DNA of 64,000 nt, from positions 25,978,001 to 26,042,000 of the forward strand of contig NC_135666.1 of NCBI RefSeq assembly GCF_964188315.1. Reading direction: 5' to 3'. This document shows, piece after piece, positions 51,425 to 62,589 of the stretch (its first letter is position 1; each line of letters opens with the position of its first letter). Below the pieces are notes generated by a model that made no database searches, had not been told where the DNA came from, and worked only from the letters and a program-made list of their open reading frames with translations. A program made the position numbers and the translations under genes. Source of the stretch: Podarcis muralis. Its lineage: Eukaryota.

Positions 51425-51927
51425 CGCAAAAAAGAGAAGCTGATTCAGAGAAAGAATTTAGGTAGGGATCAAATTCAACACTCAATTCACCCCACTGTAT
51501 TCCATAGGAAATAACTACCCTACACCTTATCAGAGTAAGGAGCATTACACTCATAGTCTGTCTCCCAGCCCCCATTCAAACAAGGATATATCAATGCAGT
51601 GTTGCTTTGCCGGAAAGACTCTTCTCCCGAGACCAAGAAAACTGATAAATCCACTGGAGATTATTATAATAATTCAGAGTTTCCTTTTTTACTAATTAGC
51701 TTTCACCCCATTGAAATTATAGTTAAACCTAAACAATGCTGGTTTACCCAGTAAGCAAACTAAGCACGCGCTTAGGGCAACAGCAAAGTTGGGGCACACA
51801 CAGAAAAATAAGAAACAATTTTTTGAAAGAATTTTGTAATCCAAAAATTTAGAAAGCTGCTATTTTAATTTCAGCATATGTGTGAGTTTTGTGTCATTTA
51901 GAAAAAAAAACTTATTTTACTGTTTAG

Positions 51928-51976
<49 letters not shown>

Positions 51977-52024
51977 GGTTTTGGTGTCCTCGGGTATCTT
52001 CCCGTGTAAAAGTTGGGGTGTCTA

Positions 52025-52066
52025 GGCGACGTTTCGACGAGGTCTCACTCGTCATCTTCAGGCTGG
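52025..52066 (-). ncRNA. Mirror copy of the hammerhead-like motif in the inverted Penelope arm
   Basis: Reverse complement of 54261-54302. Confidence 0.6.
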
Positions 52067-52987
52067 TGCTTTCGGCTTCTTGTTACTGGAACAGAGCAGG
52101 ATCTCAGTGTTTGAGTTCCTATAAATACTGTTGAGGAGGTGTGGCCTCCTATGTTCTGGGCAGAGAGGGAGTTCCCAGGCTAGTGTGCCTTTTCTTCTTT
52201 TGTTCCTTAATTGCTTGAGGGATATCTTGAGTGATTTCTTGAGTGATATCCTGAGTACCACTTAGGTGGGTCATTAGGTGTGGATTAGTTGTTAAAGCCT
52301 TTGTGTCTTGACCTCTTGAACTTTGTGAAGAGTTTTTCTGAGAAGATGGGTGTACTACATTTAGTTGTGCTCTGGCTTGGCTTCGTGTATAGGGGCGAGC
52401 TGTGGTTTTGTGGCCTGTGCCAGCCAGATCTGTGTAGGGATTGCAGGGGGGTGCAGCATCCGGAGGTGCCACCATGGTTTGGCTACTGGATGGTGTCTGT
52501 AATTTATCTGTGGAGAGGGTCTGGGTTTGGGTCTGGTGTGGTTGATTGGTGATGGCGTTCTGTGTGCCTCTGGATCTGGTGTCAGTTTTTGTGGGGAGGG
52601 CTAATTTCCAGATGTCTGGCAAGCGGGATGTGTCGTCACGCTTGTTCATGTTGTGAGGGTGTTTCTCTATCTCGATGGCTTCCATGATTATTCTCTTGTG
52701 GTGATGTTCCATGTTAGAGAGCAATTTGGAATCTGCAAAATTAATTTCGTGTCCTGTTTCTTTCATGTGTTGGAAGAGAGAGGAAGTTTTTTCTTCTTTT
52801 TTGACGGCATTCTTGTGTTCTGCGATACGTGCATTTATTCGTCTGTTTGTTTGTCCAATGTACGTGGCTGGGCAGACTTTGCAGGGTATTTCATAGACCC
52901 CTTGGTTTTCCAACTGGATTTTATCCTTGGGGTTTCTGAGGATGTTGGCTATTTTTTGGTCTACATTCTGAGGATGTTGGCTATTTT

Positions 52988-54178
52988 TTGGTCTACAAAA
53001 AACCTGATGGCTCCCTAGGACACACTATCTACCGGAAAAAAACACACACCAACCGCTACTTACATGCACAATCACACCACCACCCTGCACAAATAAACTC
53101 CGTAGCCAAGACTCTCATCTCCAGAACCAAACGCCTGGCTGACAAAGACCACTTGACAACTGAGTTACAGAATCTCTCAAATGTGTTAATTGCCAATGGA
53201 TACCAGCAAAACAGGGTTACGAAGCTAATCCAAAAAGAAACACCCCCCAAAAACCAAGACACAGAAGAAAACAATGGCATGGCCCTCCTTCCTTATATCA
53301 AGGGCACTACAGATAAAATTAGCAAAATCCTCCATAAACACAATATCAAAACAGCCTTTTGCGCCAACCAAAAAATAGCCAACATCCTCAGAAACCCCAA
53401 GGATAAAATCCAGTTGGAAAACCAAGGGGTCTATGAAATACCCTGCAAAGTCTGCCCAGCCACGTACATTGGACAAACAAACAGACGAATAAATGCACGT
53501 ATCGCAGAACACAAGAATGCCGTCAAAAAAGAAGAAAAAACTTCCTCTCTCTTCCAACACATGAAAGAAACAGGACACGAAATTAATTTTGCAGATTCCA
53601 AATTGCTCTCTAACATGGAACATCACCACAAGAGAATAATCATGGAAGCCATCGAGATAGAGAAACACCCTCACAACATGAACAAGCGTGACGACACATC
53701 CCGCTTGCCAGACATCTGGAAATTAGCCCTCCCCACAAAAACTGACACCAGATCCAGAGGCACACAGAACGCCATCACCAATCAACCACACCAGACCCAA
53801 ACCCAGACCCTCTCCACAGATAAATTACAGACACCATCCAGTAGCCAAACCATGGTGGCACCTCCGGATGCTGCACCCCCCTGCAATCCCTACACAGATC
53901 TGGCTGGCACAGGCCACAAAACCACAGCTCGCCCCTATACACGAAGCCAAGCCAGAGCACAACTAAATGTAGTACACCCATCTTCTCAGAAAAACTCTTC
54001 ACAAAGTTCAAGAGGTCAAGACACAAAGGCTTTAACAACTAATCCACACCTAATGACCCACCTAAGTGGTACTCAGGATATCACTCAAGAAATCACTCAA
54101 GATATCCCTCAAGCAATTAAGGAACAAAAGAAGAAAAGGCACACTAGCCTGGGAACTCCCTCTCTGCCCAGAACATAG
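52988..54178 (+). CDS. Penelope ORF C-terminal part: RT thumb, His-rich linker, GIY-YIG endonuclease, low-complexity tail (5'-truncated, no catalytic RT core)
   Basis: YRKKTHTNRYLH...SHHHP, LPYIKG, GVYEIPCKVCPATYIGQTNR...RIAEH, H.INF, EAIEI, N.RDD. Uninterrupted for 396 codons. Confidence 0.93.
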   Translation: MVYKKPDGSLGHTIYRKKTHTNRYLHAQSHHHPAQINSVAKTLISRTKRLADKDHLTTELQNLSNVLIANGYQQNRVTKLIQKETPPKNQDTEENNGMALLPYIKGTTDKISKILHKHNIKTAFCANQKIANILRNPKDKIQLENQGVYEIPCKVCPATYIGQTNRRINARIAEHKNAVKKEEKTSSLFQHMKETGHEINFADSKLLSNMEHHHKRIIMEAIEIEKHPHNMNKRDDTSRLPDIWKLALPTKTDTRSRGTQNAITNQPHQTQTQTLSTDKLQTPSSSQTMVAPPDAAPPCNPYTDLAGTGHKTTARPYTRSQARAQLNVVHPSSQKNSSQSSRGQDTKALTTNPHLMTHLSGTQDITQEITQDIPQAIKEQKKKRHTSLGTPSLPRT

Positions 54179-54260
54179 GAGGCCACACCTCCTCAACAGT
54201 ATTTATAGGAACTCAAACACTGAGATCCTGCTCTGTTCCAGTAACAAGAAGCCGAAAGCA

Positions 54261-54302
54261 CCAGCCTGAAGATGACGAGTGAGACCTCGTCGAAACGTCG
54301 CC
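54261..54302 (+). ncRNA. Minimal type-I hammerhead-ribozyme-like motif in the Penelope pseudo-LTR
   Basis: CTGAAGA (54266-72), T, stem II GACGAG/CTCGTC with loop TGAGAC, GAAA (54292-95), then C-GTC (helix III reduced to palindromic ACGT). Stem I is weak. Confidence 0.62.
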
Positions 54303-54381
54303 TAGACACCCCAACTTTTACACGGGAAGATACCCGAGGACACCAAAACCTGCATTCCTGTACCCGTGAAAATCTACGAAA

Positions 54382-54428
<47 letters not shown>

Positions 54429-56041
54429 TGCATGCGCGGGGGGGGGGGCACCATAACCTTTTTTCAGAGTTTATGGCTTCTAAAGGTCTTAATGCAGCCC
54501 TGAACCCGAGGCATCATTGACTTTAAAGAGGATTTAGAACAGCACAAAAGGCAGGTATGAGTTACAGATATTTGGTAGTGATGTGTTTGAAGAGTAAGAT
54601 CTGGGAAGTTGAAATAACATAAAGGTAGTAACTGCATATCACTTCCACTTTTAAGCACCAAATACTTGCCTGGGGCAGACTTTTTAATTTCTGGATGCAT
54701 CATTGTTACCCCAAAAGATCGTTACTGATGATTTCTCAGCCTGTTGTAACAAGTAATTTAAAAAGTGGCTGTTTTTGTTTTTAAACTGTTCATTTTTGCC
54801 CCACTAAAAAACAACTGTTATTACTGATGTAATATAGCAAACAAACTTAATGAACTAGGTGTATTATTAAGAGGCATCGAGACTGGAATTGGACATCATT
54901 CCTTAATCTTCTGTAAGGTCTGTTTATTCCATTAACATCAGCCTGAAACCAGCTAAACTCGTATTTCAATGCAAACATTAAGAAATTTCAGTGCCATCAG
55001 ATAATTGTTTCCCAAGCTGTTGTGTAAAGCCTGCCAGGTGGGTGGGAGCCATTAATATTCAATAAACCTCCTTTCCACTTCAGATCCATGGGTCCTATTG
55101 GGACCTGCCCTGCACTCCTATTAAAGGACATTATTTTTCAGGAAGTTGGTATCACATGTGGAGCTTGCCTACAAAGTCTTCTTCAGGAACAGAAATAACT
55201 GCACTTTTGAAATTGTTTTTGGTTAGCCAGTATGTTATACTTGTTTCCTATGGTTGAATAAATGGCTGCAACGCTCCAGCAAAGGGCTTAGAGAAAATAT
55301 AGTGGGGTCAAATAAGTACTTCAATTGCAAGAACAGGGAGGTATGCACATGATGAGAAAATCAGCCATTATATAGGTCATGAATGGGAAACCAAAGGCTC
55401 TCCATAATGTTTTGGACTACAACTCCCATCAACCATTGCCAGCATGGCCAGGGGTCAGGGATCTTGAGAAATGGAAACCCAACAACTTTAAATAATAATT
55501 TTATTATTTTATTATTTAGATAATAAAATTGACTGGGTTGCCCCAGCCACTCTGGGTGGCTTCCAGCAAAATATAAAAACACAATAAAACATCAAACTTT
55601 GAAAGAACCATGCCTTGATAGTTGTTTGGATGCTGTGGATGTTAAACAACTCTGCCCAAATGAGAAAATCTGCAAGGTACAAGCCTTGCACTGATAGGCC
55701 GGAGTGGCTCAAGTAACACTCCCTGACTTCTGTAAGAGGTTCCAGTTCCAGCTGCTCTGCAGCCCAAGATCTGGTTATGAAGGCAGAAGTATTTAAGCCA
55801 AAGCTGGGTAGCTTTCTATCTCCAAGGGATGCTATACTTGTAACTGCATCGGGGCCACTGACAGAGGGGGGTAGAAGGAATTCAAAAGTACCAGGCCCAA
55901 TGCTAGCAGGGACTCGAGGCGCTTCACTTTTTAAAAAAGGAAGTGAATCAGAGACATCTAATGAAAGTTATAAAACAATATGTGAGATATCACTAAGGCT
56001 TTGGCACTCCGTGGGCAGCACCGTTGTTAATCAGGGACATA

Positions 56042-56738
56042 CCGTATTTTTTGCCCTATAGGATGCACTTTTCCCCCTCCAAAAATGTAGGGGAAATCTG
56101 GGTGCGTCCTATGGGGCGAATACAGGCTTTCGCTGAAGCTTGGAGAGCAAGAGGGGTCGGTGCGCACCGACCCCTCTAGCTCTCCAGGCTTCAGGAAGAC
56201 ATCCGCAGCCTAGGCAGCCCTGCGGGAGGTCCCGCAGGGTTGTCTAGGCTGCGGATAGCAGCCTGCCACCCGGCGGGCGGGGCACCCTGAAGCAGAGCGC
56301 CCCTCGCGCAGGGCATACTTCCGCAGCATGGGGAGCCCTGCAGGAGTTCCCCGCAGGGCTCCCCGCGCTGCGGATAGCAGCCTGCCACCCGGCAGGCGGG
56401 GCGCCCTGAAGCAGAGCACCCCTCGCGCCGGGCATACATCCGCGGCGTGGGGAGCCCTGCAGGAGTTCCCCGCAGGGCTCCCCACGCTGCGGATAGCACC
56501 CTGCTTCAGGCACCCTGCTTCAGGGCGCCCCTCGCGCCAGGCAGACATCGGCCAGCCCCACAAGCTCGGGGGACAGCAGGGAGGTGCAGTGCCGCCATCC
56601 CGCTGTTCCGCGACCTGGTTTGGTTTCCCCGACCTGCTTTTGGGGGGGAAATAAAGGGGGGTAAATTTCCTTTATTTCCCCCCAAAAAAACTAGATGCGT
56701 CCTATTAGATGGAGCGTCCTATGGGACCAAAAATACGG
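56042..56738. mobile_element. Tc1/mariner (Tigger/pogo-like) MITE with GC-rich, hairpin-rich, tandemly repeated interior
   Basis: TA|CCGTATTTTTTGCCCTATAGGA...TCCTATGGGACCAAAAATACGG|TA. Internal unit of about 119 bp repeated more than twice. Confidence 0.88.
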
Positions 56739-58517
56739 TACCTAAGAGTTGGTTGAGTCTGCCCAACCACCTCTCGACCCTGATTTGGGGTGTCTCGGAG
56801 CCTGCCCACCCATCCACACACTCTCCTTGCCAAGGGCTCAAGGGACGAAGGGACACCAATACAGCTCCTTACCAAGAGTACAAGGGAGCTTAGGTAGGCC
56901 TCTGTTGCTAAGGTCACTTAATCACTGTTGCTAAGCAATCAGAGCCCCACCTGGGACTCAGGAGAGGCCCTTTGCAAAGCAGCAGGAGAAGCTAAATGGA
57001 GGAGAGCATGATGGTAAGTTTGCTTGTGTCCCCATTATTTCATTTACACAATGTGCTGCCTTTAAAGAATAAAACAAAACTGGCTGGGTTTGGTAGGTTT
57101 TACTGAGAAGTAACTCGCTTTGAAAATAAATGAGGGTTTTCCTCAGAAAGAAATGGAATATTACAGTCCCCCACCTGCTGAGCTTCCATGTTCCCCACAC
57201 AGCCACTACTGGTCTGTTTGTCTTAACTGGGATGCTATTTGTTAATATGCAGTAACCATAAAGCAAAAATATAAAATACAAAATGTCTCCACAAATGCAG
57301 CCACAAAATATCTGGACATCTCAAAGCTGCTGCAAGTTAAAATGACTATTGACTGTGTTTGAACACAATAATTTCTTTTTGTTTATCAAGGTTGACAAAG
57401 TGTTTCAAATATATATTTCTGAGAGTTGTGAAACTGCACATATTTGCTTATTGTATATTTGAATCTTTATTTTCCTCCCAGAGCTCAAGGTTGTGTATTT
57501 TATTATCTCCATTCCCCTATTTTATCTTCACAACAGCCCTGTGGGTTGGTAGTTCAGACACCAAAGCTGTGAAACTGAACGTGCTTTTTTGCTTGTTGTT
57601 ATTTATCAGCATTGGAAAACCTTTTGTTTTGCTGCAAATATCAGGACTAAGAAACGCTGCAGTTAAAGCAAGGAGGCTGCTCTTCTGGCTTACCTTACAT
57701 GATCTGTGAATGACATTACATAAGAATATAAGAAAACTCTGGTGGACCAGGCCAATGGCCCATTTAGCCAAGCTTCCTGTCTTCACATTGACCAACCAGA
57801 TGCCTGAGAAGCCTGTAAGCAGAACCTGAAAGCAATAACACCCTCCCCTCCTCTAGTTTCTAGCAACTGGTTTTCAGAAATATACCTCCTCTGATGGTGG
57901 GAGCAGAGCACGGCCTTCGTGGCTCATAGCCTCTGATAGGCTTTTCCTCTACAAATTTGTCTAATCCTCCATTAAAGACATTCAAGTTGGACTGAAACAG
58001 ACCCAAACAGTTAGATGAACCAATGGTCTGGGTCAGTACTAGGCAGCTTCTTATGTTCCTGGTATTTGTTCAAAAGGAGCTCCCAAATAATTGTTTTAAG
58101 AACACAAGAAGAGCCTGCTGCATCAGGCCAGCGGCTCATTTAGTCCAGCATCCTTGTTCTCATAGAGGCCAGCCAAATGTCTGTGGGAAGCACAAGATTT
58201 AGTACAATGCTGCTAAAAGGCCACTCAGTTCCATAACACATGGTAGCAGCCTGTTGATGGGCGCTTCCCCCTAACACACACACACCTGAACCAAAAGGGA
58301 TCATAAATGAACCCGTTGGGAAAAGTTAGGTGCTTCCATACAAAATAACAGAGTTCCCATCTTAAGATAAGAATGCAAGTGCATGGAAGCCTCTGAACCC
58401 ACAAGAACTCTACATAAGAGTGATGTTCTTGATAGATGGTTACTTCCTTCCCATCAGTGGAAATTGACAGCTGCAGCTATAACCTTTTCAGCACTCCTCT
58501 TTCAATGGGAAACGGGG

Positions 58518-58563
<46 letters not shown>

Positions 58564-58671
58564 TACGGAGCTATTCAAGATTAGGAGGCTTTGTGGGCAA
58601 AATGGGGCAGTGGCTTGGGGAGCATTCTTTTGGGGGGATCACACATGGGGAGAAAAGGGGGGAACCATCTA

Positions 58672-58958
58672 CAGTGGTGCCTCGCAAGACGAAATTAATC
58701 CGTTCCGCGAGTCTCTTCGTCTTGCGGTTTTTTCGTCTTGCGAAGCACGGCTATTAGCGGCTTAGCGGCTATTAACGGCTTAGCGGCTTAGCGGCTATTA
58801 ATGGCTTAGCGGCTTTAAGAAAAAACTCGCAAGACGTTTCATCTTGCGAAGCAAGCCCATAGGGAAATTCGTCTTGCGGAACGACTCAAAAAACGGAAAA
58901 CCCTTTCGTCTAGCGAGTTTTTCGTCTTGTGAGGCATTCGTCTTGCAGGGCACCACTG
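58672..58958. mobile_element. Tc1/mariner-type MITE (CAGTGGTGCC family), inverted relative to 15392-15696
   Basis: TA|CAGTGGTGCCTCGCAAGACG...GGGCACCACTG|TA. Confidence 0.9.
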
Positions 58959-59539
58959 TAATTCTCTACTCTGACGTTGATCGGCACCTGCCAAAACCTT
59001 TTTCCATGCTTTTATTATTTTTAAGGAGAATAATCTTGTAATAAGGGGGGTGGGGGGCTACATCTGGAGAGAGTTAAATGCTGTGGCTTTGAGACAGCTG
59101 GAATGCCGGCAACACGGAAGCTCCTTGTATACAGCGATGTTGTTTTCTTCGGGGAGATTGCAGAAAGGAGCCGCTTCGTTTCAGTGAAGCCAGATCTTGT
59201 GGAAATTCCATTGGCGAGTATGTGAGAGCGTGGCAGAGTACAAATCTGCTTTCGTTGGTCCCCTGGTGCATCTTCTTTGAGTTCCAGTTCTGCCACGTGC
59301 CACTGCTACGTTGCCCATGAAGAACGGATGTGAGGGTGGGGGTGGGGATATGGAATTAAACAATCCAACTGATTTTAATTAGGCTGAAATAATAAACTAT
59401 CATCCTTCAAATCAAGAATGATGGATACACTCAAGCTGCGTGGAGAAAGTTGTATTCAGCCTGCTTGAAGGAGCCATGTTAGAATGGTCTCCTTACTCTC
59501 CCCCCAAAACAATCACCTTTCCTACATACCTAAGGGATC

Positions 59540-59740
59540 CCAATAATCATGTGTGTGATCATTTTCCTCCAAGGAGCTCAAGGGCATACAGGGTTCTCCT
59601 CTCTGCATTTTATCCTCACAACCCTGTGAGGTAGATTTGGTTTTTGAAATACAATGACTGGCCCAAAGTCACCTCATGTGTGGTTTTGAACTCTGGTCTC
59701 CCAGCTCCTAGTCCAACACCCTAACCATTACACTGAACTG
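59540..59740 (-). mobile_element. Decayed CORE/MIR-like SINE
   Basis: TTTTATCCTCACAACCCTGTGAGGTAG...TGACTGGCCCAAAGTCACC...CTAACCATTACAC. Similar remnants at about 11808, 40270, 42790 and 57440. Confidence 0.65.
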
Positions 59741-60161
59741 TGTAGGAACAGCAGCAGTGCATGCATGCAGCGGTGTCTTGCCAGTGGTGGTGATGTGCTC
59801 ATTGGGAAGGAAATGAAGCAGCAGCATGGTGTGAGGGACTGTGGGGTGTTTGCAGCCCAATAAGTGCAAATGCCTGTGGACTGCTACCCTGAAGCTCCCC
59901 CAACTTCGCTATTGCTGCCTCCCCATATCCCAGCCCTATTCTGATTAGCACAGCACCACCGCCAGAGGCGTGTCACTGTCTCCTCCTCTCCCTCCACACA
60001 AAAAAACCTAAGAGGAAAAATATTAACTGGGCAGGGGACAATCCCAAACTGTCCCAGTGAGGACTGAGCATGCAAAGTGGGCAATGACTGCTGAGCATCT
60101 GTTCCAGAGGAGCAGAAAACTAGGGATAGGGCAAACTGAATGGAGTATCCTAATGTTATGT

Positions 60162-60466
60162 GTTGTTGTTGTTTAGTCGTTTAGTCATGTCCGACTCTTC
60201 GTGACCCCATGGACCAGAGTATGCCAGGCACCTCTGTCCTCCACTACCTCCCGCAGTTTTGTCAAACTCATGCTGGTAACCTCAAAAACACTATCCAACC
60301 ATCTCGTCCTCTGTCGCCCCCTTCTCCTTGTGCCCTCCATTTTTCCCAGCATCAGTGTCTTCTCCAGGGAGTCTTCTCTTCTCATGAGGTGGCCAAAGTA
60401 CTGGAGCCTCAGCTTCACGATCTGTCCTTCCAGTGAGCACTCAGGGCTGATTGGAAGGCTGATTGG
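60162..60466 (-). mobile_element. BovB (RTE) LINE 3' end with 10-bp TSD
   Basis: Encodes KLRLQYFGHLMRREDSLEKTLMLGKMEGTRRRGRQRTRWLD...WHTLVHGVTKSRT. (CAA)n tail. TSD AATGTTATGT at 60152-60161 and 60467-60476. Confidence 0.93.
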
Positions 60467-60468
60467 AA

Positions 60469-60800
60469 TGTTATGTACTGAGTTGAATAGGATCCAAAAT
60501 GCAGCAGTCTGATTGGTCCTAGAATAATAGGATTCAGAATGTAGCAGTCTGATTGGTCCTAGAAAAATAGGATTCAGAATGTAGCAGTCTGATTGGTCCT
60601 AGAACAATAGGATTCAGAATGCAGCAGTCTGATTGGTCCACAGGAGCCACCCAATCCAGCTCCAGGTGGAAGTGAATCTGCAACCTGATTGGCCTACGGG
60701 AGAATCCTGGAATTAGCCAATCACGTGGGGCCCATTATGTAAATAATGTATATAAAGCAGACATTCTGGGGGAACTTCCATTCCTCCTCACCACTATGAG
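60469..60800 (+). mobile_element. LTR-like fragment (U3-like) with a 40-bp tandem array of CCAAT boxes and a TATA box; 3' end missing
   Basis: Starts TGTTATG. Four 40-bp units at about 60486-60639, each containing GATTGG. Then GCCAATCACGTG and TATATAAAG at about 60749. Truncated at CCACTATGAG. Confidence 0.6.
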
Positions 60801-62589
60801 GTACCTGGCAAGAACCTTGAATGGGAATAGTCCACACTGTAATGTTTTGTTCTCTGCGTGTGGGTCTTTACGTGGCTCAAATGGCAAAAACATCCTGTAC
60901 AAAAAAGGACTTCCATGTTTATTTCTGAGTATAAGATACTGAAAATGTGTCACAGGAAATGGGGATTGCTTTGATTAGGAATGAGAGAGAAAGTTCACAT
61001 TTAAAGGCAAACATAGCTAATTCACACTATACAAAGCAGTAGACAAAGTGAAATACAGTACAAATACACACTTCTCAGCATTCTTCAAATGCAGTTCTCC
61101 TGCAAAGTAGTGTGTAAGTACAGAAATGCACATACTAGTGCCAAGTTTGTGTACATATGCATATATTAGTGAACATGGCAAACTAAAGTGCCTTAGGGTA
61201 GGGCAAGCTGCATACCAAAATGTGTGTATCAGGATAAATTTGCACTAAAATGCTAGTAGATTTTCATGAAACCGTTGTAGAAATGTAGAAAACTGGGGGG
61301 AAAAGACTAGGCAAATGAGAACCTGAGAGAACTGAAACTGGGAGAAACTGAGAGAACTGGGAGCAGAGCACAGCCTTTGTGGCTCGTAGCCTCTGTGATG
61401 CCCTGCTTATATGCACCCTTAGACATCTGGATGGCTGGTGTTGGAAACAGGACAATGGGCTAGATAAACCCTTGATCTGTTTCAGCAAGGAGCATCTCGA
61501 TCAGGCTCACCATCCTCTCTCCACCACTCAGAAATCTGGAAACACCGATAACTAGCAAAACCAAAGGAGAAAAGCAACCCCAAAAGTGACCTAAATTGAA
61601 ATTCACATTTTGGAGACGGAGTGGACGCACAGAGGCCGCCTGTGTGATAACCATCGTCTCAGGAACACACAACCTCGCAAAACATTAAAGCCCTGGCAAG
61701 TGTTTTAAGTGATCTGCTCAATAAATGTGAACATCCTGGCCCACAATTATTTCCATAGGAAAATATTATTTGGCCAGAGGGAGGGGGTGGGGGAAACAGC
61801 CCTCGGGGATAAATATTGTTGGGTTGGAACAGGCCAGAAGGTAATCAGATATTTTATCAGGAGACAAGAAGATGGCAAAAGTTCACCCTCCCAGATGCTT
61901 GTAGGAAAGGGATTGTGCTCGCTAAATAATCCCAAATGGCTCCAGCAAGCCACATTCCATAGGGTGGGAGTGGGGAACCTCAGGCCTGGGGAGCAAATGC
62001 TGCCCCCCCCAGGCCTCTCTGTCTGGACTTCAGGACTCCCCTGAGCCATACCGCTCACCAGCTCTGCTCAGTCTCCTCTCCTGGGTCTTTGGCTGGCTGA
62101 GGTGTGTCCCTGAACTCTAATAAAGCCTCTTGCTTGCGTGGATGGGAGACAGATCTACAACTATAAACAATTTTCAGAAGCTAGGCTTCCAGTCCCCATC
62201 CACTGCTGGAATGCAGCCCCCAGAAGGTTGCTCACTAGGGAATGTGGCAATTGGGCTGTAGAAAAAGCTCTCCATCCCTGCCCTATGGAAATATGGAAAC
62301 CCTTGAACCTCACATTTATTTATTTAATTAAGCATTTCAAAATAGAAGCATACAGGTTCCACGTGGAATTCTTTGCATGCAGGTCAACAGAGAGGCCTCA
62401 TCCTCAATGCAGGGCGCAGCTGAGTTTATCTGAGATAAACGAAGCTTCCCACGGAGGCCGCATCATCCAGGAGCAAAAGATTGCTTGCTCTAAGGCCATA
62501 GCCTGAAATGCATTTTCCTGCTGCTCTGCTGGCATTATCCCTGATGGTGCAGATAGGAAAATGGAAACCCTTGTGCGTTGTTTTTTTCT

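Larger units (their letters stand above)
51973..54384. mobile_element. Penelope-like retroelement (Penelope/Poseidon type), 5'-truncated, with inverted 3' duplication, inserted in (TA)n
   Basis: Minus arm 51973-52960 is the reverse complement of plus arm 53367-54354 (paired coordinates sum to 106327 throughout, and the ORF translations are identical). (TA)n tracts at 51930-51973 and 54384-54424. Confidence 0.95.

Noticed and set aside
56191-56893. GC-rich ORFs of 89-148 aa
   Set aside because: They lie within the MITE tandem repeats, have repetitive translations and show no transposase motifs.
60486-60639. 40-bp repeat array as a CRISPR array
   Set aside because: Units are head-to-tail with no unique spacers, the context is vertebrate, and there are no cas genes.
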